DNA of 52,430 nt, counting the filler, from Streblomastix strix (lineage: Eukaryota), in the NCBI GenBank assembly GCA_008636045.1. It is 3 parts of 3 records of this genome, joined end to end, with 100 filler letters (N's around TTAATTAATTAA, not from the genome) between each part and the next. Parts side by side here need not be neighbours in the genome. Positions count along the whole stretch, not along the records: positions 1 to 17,430 come from SNRW01000706.1; 2 more parts are not named here. The stretch is one strand, 5' to 3'. The translations under genes and the position numbers were made by a program. Positions 1-12,877 of the stretch are shown one piece after another (the first letter of the stretch is position 1; every line of letters starts with the position of its first letter). The notes under the pieces were generated by a model. The model saw only the letters and a program-made list of their open reading frames with translations, did not search any database and was not told the origin of the DNA.

Positions 1-1325
1 CATATTATTATGAATCTGAATCTGAAAATATGAAGAATGAAAATATAAAGAAGGAGGAAGAAGATGATGATGAAAGTTAAGATAAAGAAATAAAAAAAGA
101 ATATGAAGTAGAATAACACGTATTAGTTAATAAAGAGAAATCTAACAATAAAGACAATAGCAAAGATTAACTTGTAATTAAATTAGCTGAATATAATACG
201 AATGAAAATAATAATAGCTTTATTAATACTAGAAAGATATAATATATCGATTAAACTCAAGAAAATAAAGATTTTAAAGACAATAATACAATAATTAAAT
301 TAAATGATGATCTTTAAGAATAAATTGAAGAGAATTTGACATAAGAAAAAGAAGATAATGATGAATACTAGGAATATGAGGGAGATGAAGAAGAAGAAGA
401 AGAAGATTAAGAAGAAGAAGATGATGAAGAAGAAGAAATAAATTAAATTGAAAACAAAGATAAAAGTAATGAAAATGAAGCAAAAGATAATTAAGACAAT
501 GAAGAGAGATAAGAAAATGAATTAGAAAAATTAAATTAATTATTAATATCAAAAATATAAGAATAATAAATATAAATTGTAAATGCACAAGTAAAGTAAA
601 AAGAAAGCAAAATTGGACTTGAATAATATGATTAATCGAAAATAATGAAACATTAAGAATAATAATAAGAATTAACATAAATTTAAATATAAAAATAAAA
701 ATAAGAAAAAGTTTAAGAAAAAGATAAAATGAAAACAAAGGAGAAAGTATAAGATAAGACGAAAGAGAAAAAGAAAGAAAAGAAAAAAGAAAAGGAGAAA
801 GTTAAAGATAAAGAAAAATCAAAGGATAAAAATAAGAAGGAAAAAGTAACCCCAAAGGATAAAGAAAAGGATAAAGAAAAGGAAAAAGATAAATAGAAAG
901 TAACAATAAGAGAGAAGGAGAAAGAAAAAATGTTTTTATAAGAAAAATCTAAGGAGAAAGAAATGGATAAAATACCATAGAAAGAAAAACATGCCTTGAA
1001 AGATCAAACTTAATATAAAGATATTGAGAAATAGAAAGTAAAAGAAATAAGAGAAAAGAAAGGAAGAGAAGAGGGGGTTAAAAAAGATAAATAGTCATAG
1101 AAAGAAAAGTATTTTGAGAAGAAGGATGAAAAAGAGAATAAAAAGCATCATGATAAAGATATAGAATAAGAAATAAAGAAAGAAAAAGAAAAACATAAAG
1201 AAAAAGAGAAGATCAGTATCATAGAAAAGGATAAGCACTCCGCATCATCATAATCAATTCAAACACAAGTATCAGATACTCCTCATTCATATTCTAAATC
1301 AACTGACTCAAATAAGAAACATTGA
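1..1325 (+). CDS. 3' part of a low-complexity K/E/D/Q-rich hypothetical protein (5' truncated by the window/contig start)
   Basis: Frame reads through under TAR=Gln (…EKEKEKVKDKEKSKD…STDSNKKH) and ends at TGA 1323-1325. No recognisable domain. Confidence 0.7.
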
Positions 1326-1588
1326 TTTCGATTATTATTAACCAATCTGTTATTTCTATTAATAATTGATTTTGTCATCATTTTAAAAATATTGTAATAT
1401 TATTGTTTCAATTTTTATTTTATTAAAATCCTATTTCAATAACAGCTTATATGATATATTTAAAATTTTTGCATTTTATAATAATAAATAATAGAGTTGA
1501 TAAAATCATTAATATAAACTTATTTATTTTACATAAGGAACAATTTCATATTCGGATTAAGTATAGAAAATCATCTCATCTGTGCCTA

Positions 1589-2863
1589 TCAGATAAACTC
1601 AACTATAGATCGAGTACTTTCCTAAATTTCCCCTTCAGGTCCTTCTCTATCAATTACCATTCTTATTGGCTCTTCAATAATTGGGTCTTCTGAGACAAAT
1701 GTCATTGGCGATTCAAAAGTTGTTTTATTGACAAAATTTTTCACTTTATCAATTGCATCAGCTGTTTAGGTTATTATATGTTAATTATTAGGAAATATTT
1801 AATGTAAAAGGATAAAATAAGTTATTATATTTTATTTGTAATAAAATAAACCCATATTAAATTATTTTGCAGAGTTCTTTCTAAGCCTTTCTCCTAAAAT
1901 TAGCATCTAAACATAAATAAATATCAAAAAAATAAGAAATAAATATCATAAAAATAAGAAATGGATATATTATTATTAGAAGAAAAAAATAGAATAATCA
2001 AACTCTATCCATATCAAAATTAATAGTTGCAAAGAATTCACGCAAATCGATACTGTGAATCAATGAAGACTAAGTATGAAGAAATAATAAGAAATATTAT
2101 AAAGAAAATAAATAAACCTCCCAAAGACATGCAAGAGCAATAGTATAAGGATCTTCAGTCAAGCACACATCCAATAAATAAGAGTCATTTAATATGCCAA
2201 CTGCAGTAACAACGACAGCTTCAGGAACTCTGGCATCTGAACAAAATCTTCATTATTAAATTCATATGAACAATAAAAAGATATGCAAATTCTAAAGAAT
2301 GTATACTGCATAAGAATTCTGTTTGGTCCATAAATTATGAGTTCAAAGTTAAGTTCGGAAAGTACAAAGTATTCCATAATCATCTCGTTCTATTTATCGA
2401 TGTATGTACGTGGGAATACCGTATTGAATCTCAAAATTCTGTCATGATCAACCTTGTACGTGTTATCTTCGAATTTATTAGCCAGGCAATAGCATGTTGG
2501 CGCAACTATCAGTGGATCTGCATCAAAAATTGTGTTCTTAGCATAAAAACGCCTGAAGAGATACATAGCTGATTCTGTGATTTTTATTGACTCTGCTTTC
2601 TCCCGCCCTAGAGAGAGCAAGTCTATTAATTATTTAGAATGTTATTTATTCTAAACTTATAAGAAGTATTTTCATACAAACGATAAAATACTGAAGGATA
2701 GTCTCTACATCTTCTGCTGTAAAGCCATCTTGAAGTTTTAATGTGTTTGCTGTAAGTTGTTCTCTTGTAAAATGCCAATTTTTCCTAAAATGAAGAATGT
2801 AATATGTAAAATAATATTGATAATGTTATACCAGTGCGATGAATTTTTGAAGTCCGCAATCAT
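1589..2863 (-). CDS. CCNC: Cyclin C/H-family transcriptional cyclin, closest to cyclin C; multi-exon
   Basis: Spliced translation MIADFKNSSHWKNWHFTREQL…AMYLFRRFYAKNTIFDADPLIVAPTCYCLANKFED…ELIIYGPNR…ILNDSYLLDVCLTEDPYTIALACL matches cyclin C motifs (FKRFYA…DP…APTC…LASKVEE; VNDTYRTDLCL…IALACL). Five GT-AG introns; TGA at 1589-1591. Confidence 0.8.
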
Positions 2864-3337
2864 CTAAAAGATAAAAAATTATAAAAAAAAATTTATGATA
2901 AAAATTTTTATCAATTACAAAGCAAAAAACAACTGGTTATTTGTTAATTCTTTTTTTAAATCGGTACAGATAAATTTATTATGTATATTTAATTATTTTT
3001 AATGAATTTTGGCTGTTTTTTCAATGATTAAATGTAAAATATTTATCTGAATTTTATTAAATTAATAGTAGATAGGAAAGATGATATTATTTTAAAATTT
3101 GGTTTAATTAACAACAACTAATGCAGATACTTGCAATATTTTAATATAAAATGTATAATTCGCTTGAAACACGTTTTAAACGAATTACTGTTTATTGTTC
3201 AGTTTAAAAGTATCCTGCCATTCAATTTATCTACTATTTATTTGAAATATATATTATAGTTTGGTGATATTGTGTGCGAATGAAAAAAAAATATTTATGC
3301 AGAAATCGCCTATAGAGATAATAGGATCTTCTACTCA

Positions 3338-4279
3338 TCAATCATCGCTTACCTCTAACTACTTTTCAAGCTACTCCTTCACTTATTACTCAATTTTCTC
3401 TCGCATTTCTTATTCTTTTCTTTCCTTCTCTTTGCGTTCTTCTTCTGCCTTCTTCTTTTCTTCCAACTGATTTACGAGTTCATTCATCTATGTACCAGAT
3501 AGATCATCCAACTTCAATAGGAAGGAAATAATACTGAGTGTAACAAATGCAGCAATGATTGTCTTGAGATTCACTACAAAAAGGAATATCTTAATGAGAA
3601 GGAACCCATATAATATTTCAAATACATCATCAACTATTCGTGCTATTTGTGACCCATATAATGAGTCCCCAAATGAAATAAGAAAAGTCTTAATCTTTCC
3701 AACTATTGTTGTGTATATCTGAGAGATATTGGAGAATATAAAGCCAATAAAAGTCAAAACAGCGATTGTGTATTCCTGGTAATCATTCTTCCCAGATATA
3801 AAAGTACGATAATTTTCTATCAGATAGTCAGCAACAGTGGATGAGATCTTAATAACTGATTCAACAAACCCTTTGAGAATATTACTAAGGAAGCTCAACA
3901 ATGCATCCATTGTAACGGCGAAAGTTCCAAGTGCAATTATAAAAGGAACTTATACTGCGACTGTCTATTGTCTGTCATGAAACTTTGTTCTAACTTTTTC
4001 AGTTTGTGAGTCAAAGAAATTCACAATTTTGCTGTTGGTCTCGCCAATCTTATTTCCAATTTTCTTACCAGAATTAATAATTTTCGTTGCGTTTGGAACT
4101 GAATTAACATGATCACGACGGTCTTCACCCATTCCTGCATCAGTGAAGACTTTTAAGAAATTGCCAACTTTCTCCTAGTTTTGCTGCTTCTTAAACTCCT
4201 TTTTTTTCAACTCCTCTTCTTAATTGTATCGAACTTTACGAAAGCGTGGCGTATCCAATTTCACAGGAATGTCACTCAT
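3338..4279 (-). CDS. Hypothetical membrane protein (313 aa) with hydrophobic segments and a C-terminal coiled coil
   Basis: Single 942-nt frame from ATG (MSDIPVKLDTPRFRKV…) to TGA under code 6. Hydrophobic stretches include IAVLTFIGFIFS and ILYGFLLIKIFLFVVNLKTIIAAFVTLSIISFLL; tail is E/K/Q-rich. Confidence 0.8.
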
Positions 4280-5179
4280 GTCTGAAAATTAATACACATA
4301 AATAATAAAACAATATATGAATACAATAAAATTACGTTTTTGCTGTGATAAATAAAATTTTGATTTTTCATAGGATATTTCACTCATTTTTGCAATTTAA
4401 TATATATAATATAATGGAATATCTATATTTATATGCAAATTAATTAAAAACAATGTTGAATAATGGTTCAAGAGTAGAGAAATCAGAGTTTTTGTAATAA
4501 AGAAGGATTCTTGCTGTAACAGTTTAATTCTGTGTATTTGTAGAAATTAGTCAGGCAAAGCATGATATAATTAAAATAAACAATTAGGACAGCCTAATCG
4601 CCCAAAAGTTACATGAGATCTACAGTTTAACTATGGAGACAAGTCAAAAAATGTCCAATTTCACGTTTTTGTGTTAAATATATATAATTTATTTATTTGA
4701 ATTATTTTAAATGAATTAATATATTTTTAATATTAAAAAACTTGATAATTAACAAAAACACAAAACCGCTTGTATTTGAAGTAAAATGGTTGACATGACA
4801 AATATTTTTGTCTATTTTCTATTATAATCAACCAAAATATTCATTAATACAAAAACAAAAGCTCGTACACTCCTTTTTCCAATCAAATCATATTTTTCAA
4901 ACAATGCGATATAATCACAACATTTTATTTTAAATATTCAATCAAATATATATATATTTAATAAAATCTTCTTGAAAATTAGTAATTTACTCTTTTATTT
5001 TAGATAAAAAATATTTTTCACTCCAAATTCCAAATTTCTGAACAAATTGACTATATTTGAGTTAATTTTGTTTCATAGACTGTAATTCTATATTATTATA
5101 ATCAAAATAAGTTACTGGAATATAATTTTTCATTTAATTTTTTTACATAAACTTATTCAACCGTCAATATAGAATAACG

Positions 5180-6869
5180 ATGAGTGCTGCGAAGGGCTCT
5201 GAGGAGGTATACAAGTTCATTACAGCTAAATACTAAATTATTTTCATAAAACTTTCTTTTCTAATTTGCAAACTTGAAAATTAGGAAAAGTTGAATCAGT
5301 TGTAAAAACTTAATAATCAAATATAGGAATCTATCGATAAAGTCCAACAAAATTGTTTAATGGTTGCATAAGGTTTGTTTAAACTATTATTGATTTTTTA
5401 AGATAATTTTTTAAATATTTTATTTATTTATTTTTTTTAGAAAATGAAAAAATTCTTGTTAAATCATTCAAAGAAAAGCTTGATGAAGCTAACTAAGAAA
5501 TTGAAGAATTAAAGAAGCGTGTATGATTCTAATACACAAAATAATATATTATTATTATATTATTTGTATGCATTCTCAATATACAACGTATAGGAACCTG
5601 AATTTGGAGCTGATCATTGGATGGCCAAATATAAAGGTGCAATGAAAGAATTAGAAGCAATGCGAACCGAAGCCATAAGATTGGATCGTCTTAATGATCT
5701 GGTATTCATTATTATTTATTTCATAAATATATTTATAATCTTCTTTATTATCATTACAATAGATGGAAAAGGAACTTCAATCTCTTCGTGTGGAACTTGG
5801 ATCAAGCAGATCAGAATGTGAAGGATTGAATAAGAAGCTCTCAGGGGTTACTTATAAATATATTACTTATATATATTATATATTATATATTATATATTAT
5901 ATCTTCTATTAGGCATAAAGAGAAATTAAATATCTTAATGAAATTGCTATTGGAAAGACAACACGATCTGTATAACTTGGACAGGAACCTGCAATTGGGA
6001 CACAAATATCAGCAACTGGTGGATATGAACCTTCTTCTACTTCATCTGCTTTAACTGTAGAACAACGTACAAAAGCAACTGAAATTGGTAAAAATGTAAG
6101 AAAGAATCTTTCAAATGATACAAATTGTTTGATTTATTCTTTTTTTCAATAATTAATTTAATAAATAAATTTCTTATTTATATTAATTATATAATAGAAA
6201 CAACAAAGAGGTTAGCTGGTCAAGAAACCATCGACACAACATAAATGACAGATGCTGATGGTGTGTATAATGAATAATATGCATTTAAATAATATTTTCT
6301 TTTCTATAATGCTAATAACCCAATAATTGTACTGTGATAGCTGCTCTTGCATTAAAGCTTCAAAGGCATAATGCGAGACTTAGATAACTTTTAGATGGAG
6401 AGAAACGCAATGTTCGCACAATTCGTAATGCTCATCTGCAGACACTTGCTGAGAAAACAGAGCTTTAAACCCATCTTAGTGAATGTATCAATGACACAAA
6501 GAAGGAAATGGAAGATTCAGGAGGGTATATGGTATTCAATCCTGAATGGAGAAGGAGAACAATGGAACTTCTTCTTTCTAGACCAAGGGTCCTTGAACTG
6601 CTTAATGACAAGAATTATCCAACTGTAACCAAACTTCCATCAGGAATAAGTGTGAATATTATATTGAATTGTAACTTCATTCAACTATTTAATTATTTTT
6701 TTAATTCAATTTATATCATTTTATTTAATTATTAGTGAATTTATCAAACAAAACTGAAGCTGAGTTATTTCGTGCAGTTTATGATAAAGAACGTGAAGCA
6801 GTTGAAGCAGAACAACGTCTTCATGGCACCTCAATTCTACAAGCACCATCTTCAGGTGAATCTATTTGA
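5180..6869 (+). CDS. Multi-exon coiled-coil protein, possibly basal-body/cilia-associated (BBOF1/CCDC176-like C-terminal motif, tentative)
   Basis: ATG 5180 (MSAAKGSEE|), several GT-AG introns, heptad-rich exons. C-terminal segment LKTHLSECINDTKKEM…FNPEWRRRTMELLLSRPRVLELLNDKNYP. TGA 6867-6869. The family call rests on remembered motif resemblance only. Confidence 0.7.
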
Positions 6870-7022
6870 TCTTAACAAATCTCACAACACGCCTTATTCC
6901 CAGAAACAAAACCAAATCAGTAAAATAAAAATAATCAAAACTTAATATTTGGGATTTGTATAATATTGTCCTCTATATTTTAATTTAATTTATTATTTTT
7001 GTAACTATAAGAGTGGATATTT

Positions 7023-8537
7023 TCAAAGCGGGATTATTCCCACCAGCGCCAAAACTATAAAAATACTATCAATAATAGTCTAGAAAATTACTAGAAATGT
7101 TGTAAGATCCTTCTCAGTCATTGGTCCAAATATATATAAGGCAGCATTTAATAGTGTGAGATTTGGAGATGCTTACAGCTTACCTGTTTGTATGTTAATC
7201 CTTATAAATATTCATTGAATTCAAATTAGGAATAAATAATAATAGAAATAATGTCAAACTTTGGTACCCTGTGTCTTGGACAGTCTCGGAATGGGAGGGG
7301 AAGACGCATTTTAACAGACAATGGAACATACATATGAAAGAGTTGTGGTAATGAAAGAACGAAGTTTGCAATTTGAGGAAAGAAAAGAAGAAGCAGGATC
7401 TTGAATATAGAATGTGAATATGTATCAATAAATTACATAATTGTGAATATAATAATATTCATACTGATGGGAAATGACCAACAATTCCAATTGCAGCAAG
7501 AGATGCACCAGACCAAAGAGTGAATGAATCTCCTACAAATACTCTGGATGGAAACCTTGAATCAAAATATATGAATAAATACATTTATATAAATTATTTA
7601 ATGCTAATTAAATCACACTTGTTGAAATGCCAAAGTGCAAAACAAACAGAAACAAATAAAATAGAACATATAAAAGCAAAATTCCAATCAGCATCTGAAT
7701 TTCCTTTATATTTAGCAATTAATGATAAAATTATGATTGAAGCACCTATTACTATTGATTATCCAACTTCAAGTCCATTTATACCAGCATATATATTAAT
7801 ACTGTGTGTACAAAATACAAGAATAGCGCAGACATATGCTACATAAATAAATCCTAAATATTATATATAATTCAATGAAAAATTAAAAATATATATATTA
7901 AGATAAACATTGAAATAAAACTAAACCTAAATCAATTTGTTCATTTCCTCTAAATATATATCTCAGAAAACGTATATTAGGAATGTTGATATTAGAATTG
8001 TTAATATATAATTCTGCTACAGGGAGTGAACACAATACTGTAATATATATCTTATATCTCCATCTGATGTTGAGAACATCATCTGCAAAACCAAGTATTA
8101 GTAAGCTGAGACTAATGATGAATGTAATTTTCAATTTTTCTGACTAATTATATAACAAATATTAAAGAGAAAAGAAACTAAAATATCGAAATTATTATAC
8201 TAATTCAATATTCTTAATTAGATGAGCGCAAAGGGATAAAACAAGTAGAAGCAGTAAAAATACGATTCCAACAATAAGACCAAGTCCTTCAGGACTATTT
8301 AAAGAAAAATTAAAAATTTAATAAATAAATAACTTCATACACATGGGGTGGGTCGCCTGTTTTTGGCTTCTCTTTATTAATATCAATTCCAAAGAGTCCT
8401 GCTTTATCGAATGACTTCATAGATCTCTTGATGAGAAATCTACTATATATGTAAGAGAGTAAGCTTACAGCAAGGAAACCCAAATACAAGATTGCAGGTT
8501 GTTTAATTATATCCGCTTCTGGAGTACCAACTTCCAT
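7023..8537 (-). CDS. DPAGT1: UDP-GlcNAc:dolichyl-phosphate GlcNAc-1-phosphotransferase (DPAGT1/ALG7)
   Basis: Motifs GIDINK, VPEGLG, LGFADDVLNIRWRYK, FCTHSINIYAGINGLEVG[TAA=Q]S, FPSRVFVGDSF, FFPQIANFVLSLPQLF, CPRHRVPK and NLTLLN across GT-AG introns. TGA 7023-7025. Confidence 0.95.
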
Positions 8538-9036
8538 TGTTTTATCTGCATTTGAATGAAAAGAATAAAATTAAAAATATTGTGCATGCGATTAATACTG
8601 TGCATATAAAATTGAAATAAACAAATTTACACTATAGAATCGAAGACAGTGAATAATTTAGATATAAATTTCAATTCTGCAAAATCGGCGTTTAATTAAT
8701 ATATTTTTAAAAAAACTTCGTATTTATTTATTTTATAATTCACATTTATTAATAATTCTGATAAAAAATACTACTCGAGCAACGATTTTGTTTGCCACTT
8801 CACCCAAACTGCTTATTGTTATCAAAAATAATATTATATTCATTCTTTATTATAAATATTATAAGCTGATGTAGAATTGGCAAGCAATTTTAAATATTAG
8901 AAAAAGCACCATTATCGTTCGAGAATTTGAAGATAAGTATTCATTTTGCAAATAATAATAAAATTTTCTGATGAATTTCAATATTTCATGAAAATAATAA
9001 ATTTTTTTCTTATATTTCAACTTTAAATTAATTAGA

Positions 9037-12000
9037 ATGGAAACTATTCTTTCCGAGCGCATTTTAGACGATGTGTTTCAAATAATAGAGCTTATTGGAA
9101 GGGGGTATATTAATAAAATATAGTTCTGATATTTTTTTTACGCATTATTTCTGTTATTATTTGTAGAACATATGGTTAAGTGTAAAAAGCGAAAGATTTA
9201 GATTCTGGAGAATTTAAGGCACTTAAGGAGATTAAAGTGGAAGATGAGGATGGAGNNNNNNNNNNNNNNNNNNNNNNNNNNNNNNNNNNNNNNNNNNNNN
9301 NNNNNNNNNNNNNNNNNNNNNNNNNNNNNNNNNNNNNNNNNNNNNNNNNNNNNNNATATTTTTTTTACGCATTATTTCTGTTATTATTTGTAGAACATAT
9401 GGTTAAGTGTAAAAAGCGAAAGATTTAGATTCTGGAGAATTTAAGGCACTTAAGGAGATTAAAGTGGAAGATGAGGATGGAGCACGTGAAATTGTTAATG
9501 AAATACAAATTATGGAAAGATGCAAGCATCCAAATGTGGTGGGATATTATGAGACTCTTGTTAAGGATGATGATACACTGGTTGTATGCTATTTCTATAC
9601 TATTAATAAAAAGTGATTAATCTGCTCTATTTTAATCATAAATTCATATAGATTGCAATGGAATTATGTGAAGCAGGATCAATGCACTCGATATATGAAA
9701 AGACATAAGTCGGGCTGAATGAGGAGTAATTGTCATTCGTATTAAGAGAATGCTTACGTGGCCTTGACTTTCTTCACAAAAATCATGTTGTCCACAGAGA
9801 CATCAAAGTATTCCTTAATATATTATATAATTATATATATGATAAATTCCTTCATATTTTTATATATATTTTTTAGGCTGGTAATATCCTTGTAACATCA
9901 AATGGAGATATAAAGCTTGGTTTGAATATTGAATATTTTATTTGGACCTATTATTTATTTATTGTATCAATTGTATCAATTCCTTAAGCTGACTTTGGTG
10001 TGAGCGCTTCTCTGAAGATGACAGTTGATAAACGTCGAACTGCGATTGGATCTCCTTATTGGAGTTTATTTTATTTATTTATTTATTTATTTATTAATTA
10101 TTAATAACTTATTTATTTATTTAGTGGCTCCTGAAGTTATAAAACAAGAGAAATACTCATATCCTGCAGGTTTGATTATTGAATCTTATTATCAATACAA
10201 TTTTATTGTCCTATTATATATATCAATACAATTTTATTGTCCTATTATATATATCAATACAATTTTATTGTCCTATTATATATATCAATACAATTTTATT
10301 GTCCTATTATATATATCAATNNNNNNNNNNAATACAATTTTATTGTCCTATTATATATATCAATACAATTTTATTGTCCTATTATATATATCAATACAAT
10401 TTTATTGTCCTATTATATATATCAATACAATTTTATTGTCCTATTATATATATCAATACAATTTTATTGTCCTATTATATATATCAATTCGAAAAAGATA
10501 TATGGTCTTTGGGAGTAACAGCAATTGAATTATGTGAAGGTAAACCTCCCATGTCAGATATATCTGCATTTCGTGCTATATTTCAGATTCCAGTTCGACC
10601 ACCTCCTCAATTAAAAGAAGTTTAAGGACACAAACCATCTTCTGAATTAACTGATTTTCTTAAATTATGCCTTTAAAAAGATCCTAAGGAGAGACCTGAA
10701 GATTAATAACTATTAGAAGTTTGTATTAGTCTAAGTAATATTATTTATTTATTATTTATTCTATATTTATATTTATTCCAATTTAGCATCCATTCATTTA
10801 AAAATATATAAACACAACTGGGAACGCTCTTGTACCTCTTATTTAACGTGCAATGTTTCCTGATCGATTTAAAGGATAGGGTAATTTCTCAAATGCATAA
10901 GAAGGGTAGTCTGGTTAGAATTCTATTAATATGCATGAAATGATAAAGTAACATAGAAAGAAACAGGAATAAATATAGAGTTAATCAAGTTAGCCAATAA
11001 AATAAGATAGTGATACTTCATCTCGTAATGAATCACCCCAACCTCAATTATAGGAAATAGAATCATAATCACCAACACCAAATGACTCTTCTATTTCTCC
11101 ATAATAAAAATCAAAGACAAATCAGAAAGATAAAGAAAATGAAAAAGATAAAAAAGACCAAATTTCAAATTAAAACTCAATCAATTCGAATAATAGCAAC
11201 TAAGTCTTCTCAGAATCAACTGATACACCAAAATAGAGAAGAAAATCAGATAAATAATTATAAATAAAACAAGTCACTTAATAATAACCAAACACATCAT
11301 AACAATAATCTCCAATTATAAGTGATGCTTCTTCTTCATTAGGATTCACATCACAACTTCCTCCAAGTGTACCATCACGTAGTTAAGGTACCTAATCACC
11401 TAATTAAGAAATATCCAATTCATAGTCTACAAATATAACACATTAATATTCCTCATCACAACCATAATAGATTAGTTAATAATAATCTAATCCTCCTCGT
11501 TAACAATAACCCATTCCAGTTGTTCCACCAAGGAAAGGATCTCCAGCATAAAAGCCATCTTCTTAGACAGGATCAAGAATATAAGGATTAAAGGGACCAT
11601 AGAGTTATGCACCTCATCTAAATTAATAAGCAATATAGTCAATATCTCCATAAGATGCTCCTTCATCTAGAAATACTAATAGAGATAGAGATAAGAAATA
11701 AATTGATAAGAGTATTGATAAAGAGAAAGATAAAGAATCTAAAGATAAGGAAAGTAAAGATAAATAAATTGATAAGAGTATTGATAAAGAGAAAGATAAA
11801 GAATCTAAAGATAAAGAGAAAGATTTAAAAGAAAGAGAGAAAGAAATAAAAGAAAGAGAAAGAGAAATAAAAGAGAAGGAAAAGGAATTAAAAGAGAAAG
11901 AGAAGGAAATTAAAGATAGAGAAAAAGAAAAAGAAAAAGAGAAAGAATAAAAAGAAAAAGAAAAAGAAAAAGAAAAAGAAAAAGAGAAAGAGAAAGAAAT

Positions 12001-12595
12001 TAAAGAAAAAGAAAAAGAAAAAGAAAAAGAAAAAGAGAAAGAATAAAAAGAATAAAAAGATAAAGATAAATAAAGAGAGAAAGATAAATAGAAGGAGAAA
12101 GATAAAGATAAAGAAGATAATAAGAGTATTGTTGAATCAGAGAAGAGAACTGAAAGATCTAAAACACTCAAAAGTAGCAGAGATAAAGAGGATAAAGATA
12201 ATAATAAAGACATTGATAGATTGAAGAGAACAGACAGAGAAGGAATATAAACAGAAAGAATAGAACGTGGTAAATCAAGAGATAGAGAGAAAGATAGAGA
12301 GAAAGATAGATTAAGAGATAGAAAAATAAAAGAGAAAGAAAAAGAAAAGGAGAAAGAGAAAGAAGAAGAAATAGATAATGATGATGATGAATGTAATGAA
12401 TAGAAGAAAGAATAAGAAACAGATAAAGAGAAAGAAAGAAGGAAGAGAAAAGAGAAAGAAAAAGAGAAAGAGAAGAAGTTGAAGTAGAAGAAGGATAAAG
12501 AAAAGAAAGATACTGATAGAGATTAGGATGATGATAAAGATGATGAAGGTGGAAGCACTTATAAGAATAAAGAGAAGAAGAAGGATAAGGATTGA
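9037..12595 (+). CDS. STE20-family (GCK/MST-like) Ser/Thr kinase with a long Q/S/P-rich then K/E/D-rich tail
   Basis: IGRGTYGQV, ALKEI, IAMELCEAGS, HRDIKAGNIL, ADFGVSA, RRTAIGSPYWMAPEV (STE20 signature), DIWSLGVTAIELCEGKPP, RAIFQIPVRPPP. TGA 12593-12595. One exon segment is duplicated across an assembly gap. Confidence 0.93.
9129..9482. other. 100-N scaffold gap (9256-9355) flanked by an exact 127-bp duplication (assembly overlap)
   Basis: 9129-9255 is identical to 9356-9482. Collapsing the two copies restores a continuous kinase exon. Confidence 0.9.
10191..10487 (+). repeat. Intronic 31-bp tandem minisatellite (ATCAATACAATTTTATTGTCCTATTATATAT), at least 9 copies, interrupted by a 10-N gap
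   Basis: Identical head-to-tail units inside the STE20 intron 10170-10497. Confidence 0.95.
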
Positions 12596-12877
12596 TAATT
12601 AATTGATTGGAATATGAATGAGTTAATAGAATGATATAATGAGTATAAATTTTAACGGTTTTTATCAACATAACTCTGTTCTGATATTTATATAAGTACA
12701 ATTATAAATTGTTAATTAGTATATATCAAACGTTGAAATATTTTTGGTATATAATCCTCATTAGCATTTTTATTTCTTTAATAAGATCTTAATATGTTTT
12801 ATTTAATATGACTTTTTAATAAAAAGATATAAAAACAAAAATAATTTATTATATAAGTTTTTTTTTTAATAATATTT

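Noticed and set aside
295..738. Hydrophobic F/L/I-rich ORFs in the ORF track (also 11623-12213, 12168-12701, 37110-37364 and many within 21878-31772)
   Set aside because: They are antisense or off-frame shadows of K/E/Q-rich coding sequence, produced by translating with the wrong genetic code.
4453..4700. ~80-codon plus-strand ORF (MLNNGSRVEKSEF…) between divergent genes
   Set aside because: With only one stop codon, ORFs of this length arise by chance, and no motif or splice support was seen.
9129..9482. Tandem exon duplication in the STE20 kinase
   Set aside because: An exact duplication flanking a 100-N gap is a typical unmerged contig overlap.
10191..10487. 31-bp repeat array as a CRISPR array
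   Set aside because: The units are directly adjacent with no unique spacers, lie inside a spliceosomal intron, and no cas genes are present.
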